Source of the DNA: Octopus sinensis
Lineage: Eukaryota
DNA length: 64,000 nt
Assembly: GCF_006345805.1 (NCBI RefSeq)
Contig: NW_021833263.1
Coordinates: 15,693-79,692 of the forward strand
Direction of reading: 5' to 3'
Position 1 is the stretch's first letter. Every line of letters begins with the position of its first letter. Position numbers and translations under genes: made by a program. The notes beneath the pieces are model-generated. The model worked only from the letters and a program-made list of their open reading frames with translations, had not been told where the DNA came from and ran no database searches. Below are positions 25,853 through 39,039 of the stretch, one piece after another.

Positions 25853-26599
25853 CACTATCACCACCATTACCACCTTAATTGCTACTACCATCACCACCAC
25901 AACCACTATTACTACTACTATTATTACCACTACCATCACCAATCTCGTCAACTTCACCACCACCACCATCACCATCACCATCACCACCACCGCCGCCATC
26001 ACCACCACGACTATCACCAACACGGCTATCACCACCACGACTACCACAACTACCATTACCATTATCACCACAGTAGCCAATTCCATTATATTCCTCCTAC
26101 TACCACAATGATCCTCACCACCACCACCACCACCACCGTCACCATGGTCACACCAACCATGACCACCACCACAGCTATCACTACCATCCCCATCACCACC
26201 ACAACCATTGCCATTAAACTGACCTACAACGATCAACACCACCCCAACCATTACAACCAACCCTTAACCAGCGTCTCCCTCACCATCACCATCACTACCA
26301 TCTTCATCAGCATTATTGCTACCATTATTACTATCGTTATCATCACCCCGCCTCCATAATAATCACGATCATTATCAACATCATCATCATCATCATCACC
26401 ACCACCACCACAACCATCGCCATCAAGACTAATGCTGCAGAAATATTCCCAGCATGCATCTACTCCAACCGAAGTAGACGAGATTACCGTAACCACCATT
26501 GCCACCACCACTCCCACCAGTACCACTCCAACCGTCTTTCCACTACTACTACTACTATTATCATTATTGTTGTTGTTATTACTATTATTATTATTATTA

Positions 26600-26660
<61 letters not shown>

Positions 26661-26677
26661 CATCATCATCATCATCG

Positions 26678-26732
<55 letters not shown>

Positions 26733-26740
26733 ATACCCCC
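25780..26740. repeat. (CAC/CAT/TAC/TAT)n low-complexity block
   Basis: Direct reading. Confidence 0.88.
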
Positions 26741-27223
26741 ACCACCTCATCTCCTAAGAATAATGAGCACGGCTCTTCAGCAAACTCCTTTCCTGCTGTA
26801 AGATGGCTTCAAAAGGAGACATTATGTCACGTGTGGTCTTCCATAATAACCGAAAGGCTCCAAGACCTATTATGATTGCAATATAATTAAGCAGTACGTG
26901 AGACAAGTTCGAGATACGTGCCGCCTTCCAGTGTTGCCGCTCTTCCACCACCACGACCACCACTATCTCTGTCGTCCCTCCCTCTCTGTTCCTTTCTCTC
27001 ATTTTCCTCTCCCTCTCTCGCTTTCCCTCCCCCAGCTCTTTCTCCCCCCTCTATCTCTTAAATACATTGCCTCCCGTCTGTTTCACAAGTTCATTTTATT
27101 GATTTTCTTCTCAGCTTATTTTGTTTACATATATACTGTGTGATTTATGGCACTTATCATCATATAATTACTGCTGCTACAACTATAACTACTACTACTG
27201 TCACTACAACCGGTGATAATAAA

Positions 27224-27403
27224 AATTCAAATTTTGGTACAAAGCCAGCAAAGTTTTGAGAGGAGGGGCAAATTAATTACATCGAACCCATTACCCAAAA
27301 CTCGAAAGGATGAAAGGAAAAGTTGACCTCAGCAAGATTTGAACTCAGAATGTTAAGAACAAGAATTTTGTTAGACACGCTAAATATTCTGCCAGCTCTC
27401 TGT
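27224..27403 (-). mobile_element. SINE family A
   Basis: CGAAAGGATGAAAGG...GATTTGAACTCAGAATG...TTCTGCCAGCTC. Confidence 0.8.
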
Positions 27404-27424
27404 TTTAATAGTAATCAATAATTA

Positions 27425-27616
27425 ATTTTGGCCTTAAATTTTGGGGGAGGGGCAAGTCGACTCCTACGACCCGAATGTTCAACTGATACTTATTTTCTCA
27501 AACCCGAAAGGGTGAAAGTCAAAGTCGACCTCGGCGGAATTTGAACTCATAACGTAAAGACGGACGAAATGCCGCTAAGCATTTTTGTCTGGCGCGTTAA
27601 CAATTCTGCCACCTTG
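27425..27616 (-). mobile_element. SINE family A
   Basis: CCCGAAAGGGTGAAAGTCAAAGTCGACCTCGGCGGAATTTGAACTC...GCCGCTAAGCATTT. Confidence 0.88.
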
Positions 27617-28059
27617 TAATCTTAATAATATAGTAATAATTATGATGATGATGATGATGACGATTCCCTTTATTTTTCTACAGGGGCATCGTATGCAGGG
27701 TACATTACAAGTTTAAAATTTAAGGGGTGTTGCACATAAAGATGAAGAGAGAGAAAGGGAGCAGAGTCGTGGGATAAATGTGTACAGAATAAGTGAATAC
27801 ATGGATGCTGCAGTCTTTCTGATACAGGAAAGTCTTCAACTAGGGCCAAAAGAAGGAACCCCATATATCCAGGATCACCCTATTATTTCAACGGCAGGAG
27901 GCCTCGCCCAACTGTTGTTCTTCAATCTACAGGTGCATGCTTCGAAGTAGTCCCATTCTTCCACGTATAGATATATTCGCTAGGGGAGAACCTCTTGCTT
28001 CGACATTTTCACCTTTCCTTCAAATTTCAACTCGAAAAGGACGTTCAAAAGTAACCAAA

Positions 28060-28210
28060 GAGTATTTGACTGCTACTTTATTTTATCGTCACCGAAAGGA
28101 TGAATGGCAAAGTGTCCCTTGACTAGATTCGAACTCAGAGTATAAAGAGCCGGAACCAAATTTTGTAATGAGTTTTCTTCGACGCTCAAACGATTCTGTC
28201 AACTAATCGT
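28060..28210 (-). mobile_element. SINE family A (degenerate)
   Basis: CCGAAAGGATGAATGGCAAAG...ATTCGAACTCAGAG. Confidence 0.65.
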
Positions 28211-28319
28211 TTTCAGATGATGCTTTCTGATTTCAGCATATGACTAGTAATTTTCAAGGTACTTTATTTTATCGATCCCCTCCTCTCTCTCTCTCTTTAT
28301 ATATATAATATACGCACAC

Positions 28320-28410
<91 letters not shown>

Positions 28411-28412
<2 letters not shown>

Positions 28413-28618
28413 TAATCCAAACAAGAAAACACAAAAAAACACACCAACGCGAAGACGTGGAACAAATAAAGTATTATTGGACACTCAGGAAAGAAGGGAA
28501 GAAGGAGGGTTTAACGTTTCGAGCGGAGCTCTTCGTCGGAAACATAGGAGAAGGAAAGATCCCGAGAAGGGAAGACAGAGGAAAAAAATCGCTGGCGGTA
28601 CTCATGAGGTCACATATG
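28411..28618 (-). mobile_element. Repeat family P1 copy 2, hammerhead-bearing
   Basis: Homologous to 24994-25203; preceded by (TA)n. Confidence 0.8.
28509..28543 (-). ncRNA. Minimal type I hammerhead ribozyme motif (CUGA mutated to CCGA)
   Basis: GTTT CCGACGA A GAGC TCC GCTC GAAAC GTT AAAC. Confidence 0.65.
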
Positions 28619-28725
28619 CGCTAATATATATGTGTATTTGTATATAGATATAAATAGATAAATATTATACGTATGTATGCATATCTTATATATATATATA
28701 TATAAATATATATAATAGATATATA

Positions 28726-28757
<32 letters not shown>

Positions 28758-28906
28758 CAACATGTATATGTCTACAGACGGTAAACACATACAAACATAA
28801 TCATATACCCCGGGTTATATATATATATTATACATCTGCGTATGCAGGCGGGATTCTGTATTTGGTTTTATAAACATAAGTGAACATGTATATATAGTCA
28901 TGGGTG

Positions 28907-28963
<57 letters not shown>

Positions 28964-30239
28964 ATATATATAGATATATATATTTACTTGCCTTCACAAA
29001 ATCTAGGTCCAAATTCTTACTTTTAGTCTTAGACTCTATTTATATAAACACATATATTTATATGTAAATGTACACATGCATTCATATATATATACAGGCA
29101 CATACGCACATGTATTGTACACACACACACACACTCACATACACATCATTAAACAGACATATGAATACATGGAAAAAGCACTCAGCATCTATTATGCCTT
29201 CGTTATTGTTATCATTCATACCGGAAGTAACGCCATTTAATTATATTACTCCGCTTCTAAAGATGCACAGACGTTCGACGTAAGAATGAAGGTAATCAAT
29301 TTTGTATAATGGAGCCTCAGGTGTTGCTATATTGTCTTCATGTCTCTCCAGCTTTATCTCTTACTCAGACGGACGATAATTCTCTTGTACTCACTCGCCA
29401 TCTCCTTTTCCTTAGTATTTGTCGATTCCTCACACCCACACCTCAATCCTTTTCTCTCTATATACACATGATATATTACAGTTTCTCTCTCACACACTGT
29501 CACACATATATACCGATGTATATGCATATGTATATATTAAATATATGCGTGTGTGTTTGTGCGTGTGTATATAATTTATAGATGCATTATATATACATAC
29601 ACGCCCATGCACGCGCACGCACACACACATACAAACACACACACACAATGGATACATACATACAAAAATAATTACAGGCATACATACACACGTATCGGGA
29701 AATCTACAGGTACTCCAGCCATACTACAAGTTTAGATTTGTACAAGTAATTACAGGAGTACTTGGATATGTAATCAACTACCTCGTAACCAAGCTTTTCA
29801 AAACTAAACACGAAAAAGCTAATTAGAAGACTACATATACCAGCCATCAATGGAAACTGTCAAGATATGCAAATCATTCGAAATGTTTAGCATATAGGTA
29901 TATATGCACATATCTAAACACATAATTATATGTATAGCTGCACACATGTAAAACAATACTGCCCTATACCCGCCTACCCTCGTCGACCAAATGTCACAGG
30001 CGTTTGAATTTATCAAAGTCCAGTTGCTGCCTCCTAATACCACTCCCCTTCCATAATTTCTGAATCAGCAAGTGATTTATATACAAAAAATCTTTTTGCT
30101 ACTTTTAGACTGTCCAGACTATGACAATCCATCCTGGACACCTTCTTTCCAAAAATGATCCAAGAACCTTTCTACTCCTGGATAAGGAGCATGCGAAACG
30201 CGGGCAAAAAAATGAATGGTTTGTAATTGCTAATATATA

Positions 30240-30450
30240 TAATCTGGCAAAAATGTTAACACACCGGGCAAAATGCTCAACTGCATTTCGTCCGTCTTTA
30301 CGTTCTGACCTTAAATTCCAACAAGGTCGACTTTGTCTTTCATCCTTCCGAGGTCCATAAAATAAGTACCAGCGGAGCGCTGGGGGGTCAATGTATTCGA
30401 TGTAACCCTCTCCCAACATTGCTAGCCTTGTGCCAATATTTGAAATCAAT
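30240..30450 (+). mobile_element. SINE family A
   Basis: CTGGCAAAAATGTTAACACACCGGGCAAAATGCTC...GTCGACTTTGTCTTTCATCC. Confidence 0.85.
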
Positions 30451-30747
30451 GTCAATAACCTACTCTAAATGTTTTCGCTTGCTTATTTCGGTCTACGAAA
30501 ATCATGTTGAAATATTTCCCCTTGTTCAAACATCGCATAGACTAAAACTTACTAAGACTTCTATTAAAATATTCATGAATTTTTTAATAGTTTTTAAACT
30601 TTTATAAAGTTTTAAAATAATATTTACTATGTAATAATATACACTTATTTTATAAATGTTAATTATAATATCCGTTTCCTTTTATAATTTCGTAAAAGAT
30701 ATCTTTAAAAAAAACTGTGGTGCTTTAAAATATATTTAATGCTTTCT

Positions 30748-30784
<37 letters not shown>

Positions 30785-30803
30785 ATATATATATATATAT
30801 TAT

Positions 30804-30869
<66 letters not shown>

Positions 30870-30949
30870 CATTTATATATATTGATGTGTGTGTGTGTGT
30901 GTGTGTGTGTAAATATATTGTTGCGATTTATTACGTTATTGCAGGAATA

Positions 30950-31162
30950 TTGGTTTCAAATATGAGTACAAGGCCAGAAAAATAGTGGGAGAAGTTAAAT
31001 CGATTATATCGACCTCAGCGCTCATCTGGTACTCATTTTATCGATCCTGAAAGATTGAAAGGCAAAGTCGATTCCGGTGGCATTTGAATTTAGAACGTGA
31101 AGTTACAAGAAATGCCACTAACTATTTTGTCCGGTGGGGTAACTATTCTGCCACTTCACCTT
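30950..31162 (-). mobile_element. SINE family A
   Basis: GAAAGGCAAAGTCGATTCCGGTGGCATTTGAA...ATTCTGCCACTTCACCTT. Confidence 0.82.
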
Positions 31163-31234
31163 ATTGTACAAATACTGCATAGTTCTATTATACGCACTGT
31201 TTTTTTTTTTTTACCAAATATTAAAAAAAGATTA

Positions 31235-31308
31235 AAAATAGTACTGGGGTCGATTTGTTCGACTTCAGTTCTTCAAGGCGGTGCTCCAGTGTGGCCGCAG
31301 TCTAATGA
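31235..31308 (+). mobile_element. SINE family B 3' tail
   Basis: GTACTGGGGTCGATTTGTTCGACT...GGCGGTGCTCCAG. Confidence 0.75.
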
Positions 31309-31309
31309 A

Positions 31310-31318
31310 ATAATGATG

Positions 31319-31366
<48 letters not shown>

Positions 31367-31382
31367 TAATAAAATAATGATG

Positions 31383-31417
<35 letters not shown>

Positions 31418-31441
31418 TGATAATAATATAATATAATAATA

Positions 31442-31473
<32 letters not shown>

Positions 31474-31481
31474 TAATAATG

Positions 31482-31514
<33 letters not shown>

Positions 31515-31547
31515 GTAATAATAATAGTAATAGTAATAATAATAATA

Positions 31548-31589
<42 letters not shown>

Positions 31590-31656
31590 GTAATAGTAAT
31601 AATAAGAATAATAGTAATAATAATAGTAATAGTAATAATAATAATAATAATAGTAA

Positions 31657-31687
<31 letters not shown>

Positions 31688-31859
31688 AATAATAGTAATA
31701 GTAATAGTAATACTACTACTACTACTACTACTAATAATAATAATAGTAATAATAATAGTAATAGTAATGGTAATAGTAATAGTAATAGTAATAGTAATAA
31801 TAATAGTAATAATAATAATAATAATAGTAATAATAATAGTAATAGTAATAGTAATAATA

Positions 31860-31944
<85 letters not shown>

Positions 31945-31980
31945 AGATGATGGTGATGATGATGATGATGCTGATAATCA
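31310..31980. repeat. Long interrupted (AAT)n/(AGT)n/(GAT)n array
   Basis: Direct reading. Confidence 0.95.
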
Positions 31981-32520
31981 TCAGGCAGTGCCTCTCATGG
32001 CTTCTGATCTTAACTGATTGGAAGTGTTATCATGTACATTGTTTTGTCTTGGTATAAAAGATGTGCTACAGCAAATATTCTGCTCAATGCCACAGATTTG
32101 CTTGTCAGTTGTTTGACCTTAACCAGTTGAGCATGTCCCTTAGTGGCTGACAATATGTGCATCTCTGATCACGAGCAGAAGTAGTGGGGGAGCATCATAG
32201 CCATGTGTTGAGAGGGATTCTTTGGGGTTTGAATAATTCACCTCTGGAAACATGGGTGGTTCTTTCAACATCCTTCAACAACCCTTATTCAGGGACCTTT
32301 TGAGTGGGATGGGCTACTCAACCTGAAGAAAATTCTAACTGGGCCCCACCTGCACAGTCATGTGCTGTTTATCTTGATATGAGATCACCATGTCGCGCAC
32401 ATATGGTTGTCATGCATGTGTCTGGTGTACCCTTATCAGACGGGTAGTCATGATGGGTATATTGGGATTCGTATATTTTACCCCAGTGTCACTTTGATGG
32501 CATGAACTGCTCTCTCACTC
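31981..32520. mobile_element. ~540-bp non-coding interspersed-repeat-like insert embedded in the (AAT)n array
   Basis: GC-richer complex sequence with sharp junctions into (GAT/AAT)n on both sides, ending ...CTCTCTCACTC|AATAATAAT. I recall it as an abundant octopus repeat but did not verify this. Confidence 0.5.
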
Positions 32521-32583
<63 letters not shown>

Positions 32584-32629
32584 TATAATAATAATAATAA
32601 TTATATAATAATAAAATATAATAATAATA

Positions 32630-32663
<34 letters not shown>

Positions 32664-32665
<2 letters not shown>

Positions 32666-32944
32666 CAGGTTAGCTTGGGAAGTTAAGCAGTTGTGGTCGA
32701 TGAAAAAGTTGGTCGTAGTACCAATAATTGTCAGAGCGCTGGGAACAGTGAGTAAAAATCTCGAGAAGTACATGGAACAAATAAGGGCTGCAATAAGGGT
32801 GGAGCACTTGCAGAAAACAGCACTGCTTGGAACCGCTCGAATACTCGGGAAGGTGCTCGGAAAATAAGAGGAGTCACCTTATCTTAGTTAACTGTTAGTG
32901 AACAGCTGACACCGTAGTACAAGCGTTTGATGCTGTGCAAAGGC
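32664..32944 (+). mobile_element. R4/Dong-clade non-LTR retrotransposon 3' fragment (RLE C-terminus plus 3' UTR)
   Basis: Open frame 32664-32867 reads DRLAWEVKQLWSMKKLVVVPIIVRALGTVSKNLEKYMEQIRAAIRVEHLQKTALLGTARILGKVLGK*. (AAT)n lies on both flanks. Confidence 0.88.
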
Positions 32945-32998
32945 AATAATAATAATAATAATAATAACAATCATAATAAAATACACGTATATATCTAC

Positions 32999-33065
<67 letters not shown>

Positions 33066-33914
33066 ATACAATGAGACAAGTACACTATGTAAATATTTTA
33101 AAGTATCAGAAGCTAACATTAGAAAAACTAAATTAAAATTCCATCCTTTTACAGGGATGAACATTATAGCGATGTTAGTTATAAATGCCTGACAAATGTA
33201 GCAAGAACATTTTTAGGTGTGTAGTATTTTAGCAAAGCGCTCGTCTAATGTTTCGAGCATCTTTTTAATTTCGCTACTGAACTCAGGCACCTCCAACAAT
33301 TGACCTTAAGTAAAACATGGTCATTCATAACAGCAAACAAAGTGAGGTCTTCCTCTCGATTCTTTACGGTGAATAAGCTTCCATATCTACTGTTGTCGAT
33401 ACACCCACATCTTTGTTTCTGCAACAGAATCCAATAAAGCTTAATCTTGGTGGTCGTAATGTGGTTGTTACTGGAGATTAGATAACATAAAGATCGGCAT
33501 CGTTTTTATGTCTCCTCCATGACGTGTTGAATGCTGAATGTTGCTCGTAGAAATACTATGAAGGCGCCGTGAAGACGACTTTATGGGGCTCCTGTTTAAG
33601 ACAATAATATAATGAAATATAATGGTTGTTAAAACGCAAGGAAACTAGAATGTTAAATAATGTTATTTATATTAAGGTAAATATATGCAAATATTAAATA
33701 TATCTTTACCAGTTACAGGCGCTTGTTTCTGATACTCAGAACAGTAAAATAACTGGAATCGTGCCGTCATCAATGGATAACCAGAAGAGGAAGTATTAAC
33801 AGAAGATACTGCTTATATTATGCAGGATACTTGCATAACATATTGTACTGGTGGAATGCAAAAATTAACACCAGACCGAAACAGAAGAAATTGAATATAT
33901 ATATACATATATAT

Positions 33915-34150
33915 TCCGGGTTCAGTCCCACTGCGGGGCGTCGTCCCCACACCGCTTGACAACTGATGTTGATATATTTATGTCCCTGTAACTTAGCGGT
34001 TCGATAAAACAGACCGATAGTATAAGTATTAGGCTTAGAAAGAATATCTCCTGAGGGACGATTTCTTCGACTAGAAACTTTTTAAGGCGTTGCTCTGGCA
34101 TGGCTGCAGTCAGTTGACTGAAACGTGTAAAAGAATAAAAGTATAAAAGA
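33915..34150 (+). mobile_element. SINE family B with internal deletion
   Basis: B-box GGGTTCAGTCCCACTGC joined directly to the body GCTTGACAAC...TAACTTAGCGGTTCG and the tail. Confidence 0.8.
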
Positions 34151-34259
34151 ATGTGTGTGTGTGTGTGTGTGTGTTCTCATTTTGCTTTTTAATTTAGAGT
34201 AAATTTTGACCGGCCACCTACTTGGTAGGAAGGTCGTGAATGAAAGCATCTTTTGTTCA

Positions 34260-34460
34260 TCATCTTTTAGATTCTAATGTCTTGTAGGTTTGCATAGTCC
34301 CAGATATCGTGATCTTTTGAAGTGTATGAATTAAGGATATGTGTTCTCTCCCCAAGAACTGAAGTTTGGCCATACTTTGCTCTGACGGGTTAGTATGTGT
34401 CCTGTTCCTCCAATAATAATAGATATGAAGCTGAAAGTCTTTCCTGGGTACTGGATGTAT
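34260..34460 (-). mobile_element. Second RLE-type (R4-like) non-LTR C-terminal fragment
   Basis: QYPGKTFSFISIIIGGTGHI, frameshift, then LIHTLQKITISGTMQTYKTL. It parallels PIIVRALG...LQKTALLGT of the 32664 element. Confidence 0.55.
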
Positions 34461-35739
34461 GTCTGCATATATTGTGTATTTAGAATGTTTTCTCTATATA
34501 TTTACATGTATATCTCAGATATGTATTCGTTTTTTCGTTAGTTTGTTATTAGCATCAAAGCTACAGTCACGCTGGGGCACTGTTTATGCAAAGGGAAAGG
34601 AGTAGTTATTTAAAGGGAAATAAGTCATGTATTACGCTAATTTTTTTAAAAATAAGTATATTTCTGTATGTCTAATGGGAGGAGATTCTAGTTATATGTT
34701 TCGTTTTTATGTTCTACTTTATCATATCTACAACAAAGATGGAAATATAATGGAAACAATAATTCCCAAAACCTGGACATCTGACGATAATAGAGAACGT
34801 AGGAATTACTTTATATATATTTAGCCAAAAAGCTACAGCAACCTCCCCGACCAATCTAAAATAAGTAATAAAATTCTCAACAATCCAAATTTGAATATAT
34901 TTCTAAAACTGTGTGGTCTATATTTAGAGATTCAAAGTGAGTGTCATCTCTTTTCAGTCTGTGATGCTTACTTTCTGTCTCGGGCATAAAATCTATTCAC
35001 TTCTTTATCACTCCCATTTTGGTAAAAGTCATACAAGTGTATTTTCATATTTTCCTATTGTAATTGTTGATTTCTTTTGTGTTGCTTGTCTTCTTATGTA
35101 CTTTGTGTTACTGTTATTGTTTTTGATTATGATGTTGTTCTTGTGTAATGAGAGAGTGTATAATTGTGTGAAATCTATTAGCATTGGTTGATACTTAAAA
35201 CAAAAGAAGACGAATACAGGCGAATTTAACAGCGATTTTTAGCATATTGGTTCACTGCATCAAACCTCCATCCCGAGATAAAATTATCGTAATTAATCAA
35301 TTAGTGATAATGCTTCATCAAGAATACTTAATGCAAATAAATACATTGTAGAGAGGCAAATTAACTACGGCGTTAGTCCGGAAAATGTGCATCTAGCAAG
35401 TTCACCGCTGCTACTGCGGAATTGTCCGCTTCTATTGATATATTTATGTTGTTAAAACACAGTACGTCCATGAAAGATATTATCTCATGGTGATTACCAC
35501 AGTTAATATAGCTTTCGCAGATGTATTTGTATTGGATATGATACACGGGTGACTATTTAATTCAATGTTGCTTCTGTTGCTCATGACAGACTGCTTTTTA
35601 GAAAAAATGAATATTATCGGAGTTTCACAGGGAAAAAAGAATAAAAGAAAATTATGGGGGAAGGCTTCCGTTTTTCCGTTACCTGGAAGGTTATATTAGG
35701 GTGTCGTCCAACCAAGCTGAAAATGTTTCTTGTAAAAAA

Positions 35740-35808
<69 letters not shown>

Positions 35809-35809
<1 letters not shown>

Positions 35810-36577
35810 TTCATTATTGGCCACGCATGGCTGAACACAGAAGGGACAAAATACAAAGTGGAGCTTTTCTTTTTGGGAAGAAGAGAAGGAAAAAAAGGGA
35901 GGTCGAATCCCGATCAAAAGGGATCGTGAAAAGAAAAAAAAAGTGGGGCCGATCAACAGGGATCGTGTATCACATAAATGTGAATGTAAAGAGGGAAAAC
36001 AGACTAGGTTTGTCGGTGGATAGAAAAGCCTACGGAAAAGACCATGGGAACCTTGGGCAATAGTGTCATGCAAAAAGAAAACACATTACAGTAAGTGGCT
36101 CTCTTTTTTCATTTCGTTTTTTTCTTTTGGTTCATAGGATTATGCTCAAGCTGGCTCCGTCATTCACAAGTGCCATCCCTGCTACATTCACCCATCTTTT
36201 TTTGAAGCATTCACTAGACAAAACTTTCCTCACTACTCTCACCTTCCTCTTCAATTAATACTTCAAGAAGTTGATGAGAGATTGACCAGAGAGGAAAGTG
36301 TTTGTCTCTAGACATTTCAGACGCGACCACCATACACATTCTTTCGCCATAGCCACAAGTGCGATGAAAATAGTTCTTCCTTCCCATTTCAAGGAAGGAG
36401 GCACGACAATATTTGCGATAGACTCGGTTGATAAACCAACTCGTCCCACACGCGATAGCAGTCGTTCAACATAGGCCCACAGGTCGGAAATAGTTGGACA
36501 CTGTACGAGTGCGTGCAGGACGGTTTCGTCGCTCTGACCGAATCTCGGACAAGTCGGCCCCGTGTTTCTCTAGCCAA
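35809..36577 (-). mobile_element. 5'-truncated Tx1/L1-clade LINE, copy 1, flanked by (GATA)n on both sides
   Basis: TCPRFGQSDETVLHALVQC...AMAKECVWWSRLK...CFKKRWV...LSIIL*, with the stop at 36132-36134; 3' UTR follows. Confidence 0.85.
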
Positions 36578-36607
36578 GATAGATAGATAGATAGATAGAT
36601 GGATAGG

Positions 36608-36685
<78 letters not shown>

Positions 36686-38301
36686 TAGGTATATAGGTAG
36701 ATAGATAGATAGACAGATTAACAGAAAGATGAATAGATAGATACATATACAAATGTATATAATACCCACATGTACACGAACATATACGCACACACACACT
36801 CACACACACATCAGTTAAAGACCACTCTTACAAAAGCCACCGTAACCCTAGCTTGATTCGTTCCATATTAAACCTAAGCAGCTTACATCTATAGAACATT
36901 GCACAGTTCTATATGTGAACAGTTCTATATGTGAAAACATGAAAAAATATACATATTACATAAATTAGTAGAAAAATATGAGAGCCAGTGTTTCTTCTAG
37001 TTATACTTACATACGTGCATACACAACACACACACACCCTTTCTTTCTCCCTTTCTCTCTTTCTCACACACTTTCTCTCTCCTTCTCTCTGATACAGACT
37101 CACACACTTTCCATCTCTCTTTCTCTCTTTCTCTCTTTCTCTCTTTCTCTCTTCTCTCTCTCACTCCCTCTCTCTCTCTCTCTCTCTCTTTCACAAACAT
37201 ACACACACATACACACTAGGAGAATATCTTTAAAAATGTAGGTTTGTGTGCAAACCTAGATTTCACAAAATCATTTCAGTAAAGATCCCTTCTGTATATG
37301 AGAAATTCTATTATACGGTATGTTTGGTTAATGTTTATTTAACCGGCTTTCCTTTGACATATCAAACAGTTCCTTGCTAAAGTATTCAAAACAGTCACAT
37401 TTAGAGAGGTTCGCACTTAATAGAGGACTCCTGCATTTAAATACGGACGAAGATTGATTTACATGCAGTTTCTCTGGGGTACCAGATCCAGAATTCGTCG
37501 ATTGTTTAGGAGTATAGGAGTTTAGGAGCTAAAAATAATTATTATCTGCTAATATTTCTCCTTCTGCTGTATTCCAAAGCGGGAAAGACTAGGGGTGAGT
37601 TTTATGCAATACTGCTAGACAAGCTTCTCTTTTTGTATGCTGCCAGACACTGTTAGGATACGAAAAATTTGCATTCGAACATTTAGTAGAGTCTATGTAC
37701 TAACATATAAACGTATGGCTTATTCAGCTATCAGAAAACACACCCACACATACATACGAAACACAAGCAGACACACACGTGCGCGCGCACACACATTATG
37801 AATATGCATATACATACACACACACAGACACATATATATATATATATAAATTATATATATATATAAATTATATATAATACATATACATAGAAACGTATAT
37901 ATACATAAATATATATGTGTGTGAATATATGTATATACGCATATGTGTGCGTGTGTGTGTATATATGTGTGCATACATTTATACATGCCTACTAATCTGT
38001 TTGCAATAGGTATTCATTTAAATGTATTTACTACATATATATAATCGCACAAAAATACCGTGCCCCCTCCCGTCTGTCACCGACACCCACATACGTACAT
38101 ATATAAAACTGTTACCAGAAGAAAATTCGACGTAGACAGCCATTGTTGAGGCAAAATCTTGTGTATGTATTCATATACATATACACACATATCTACACAC
38201 ACATACATACACGCAAACACACACGTAGATATATATGTGTGGGTACAGATAGACAGATATATTTCATATATATATATGTATGCACACACACACACACATA
38301 T

Positions 38302-38372
<71 letters not shown>

Positions 38373-39039
38373 TATATATATATTATATATATATATAATA
38401 TATATATATATAATGTATGTATGTATACATACACATACACACACATATATGTGTGTGTGTAAATTATCATATTGTAGCCAGATAGACGGCAATAAACGAG
38501 GTAGAATGTATTATTAACAAGTTTATCTTGGATGGGAGGTGACACATTTAGGAAATAGCCGGAATATAATTCAGGTTGATAAATATCTTTCATTTAATAA
38601 TGAAATGAAGAGACTTCGATGAACGCCAGTTGATAAATCAAACATGATTGAGTCAAAAGAGGTAATCAGTAAAGTCGATACATTAACAAACCTTCACCTT
38701 CTCTATTATCACACAGAAAAGGTCAAAGTCTCCTCTGCATCCATCTCTATAGAATAATAAAAGCTGGTGATATAAACGATGGTTGGTTGGTTGATTGGTT
38801 GGTTGGTTGGCTGGGTGGTATCCTCTACATCGTATAGAGCGAGAATAAGTGAAAGAGTAAGAACGCGGTAGAGGGTGGATTGACATACGAGGTGTGGATG
38901 AGTGTACGTGATCGCAGGTATTAACTTTTTGAAAAAAGTATATATTTTTAAATGAGATTTTGAAGAGATAAGTTTAGGCATCTTTCTAGGAAGTGATAAA
39001 CTCTGATGTGGCACTAGTGACTTTGTTTGCATCCAGTGG

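Noticed and set aside
29831-30043. GPCR TM3-like 'ACDIW' in ORF 29831..30043
   Set aside because: No DRY-like motif at the expected spacing, and it runs into TA-rich low-complexity sequence.
30109-30222. Exon candidate after TTTTAG (several plausible frames)
   Set aside because: No frame gives a recognisable protein, and there are competing signals on both strands.
33150-33540. hAT-like transposase remnant (LETLDERFAK)
   Set aside because: A single short motif, with no termini or further conserved blocks.
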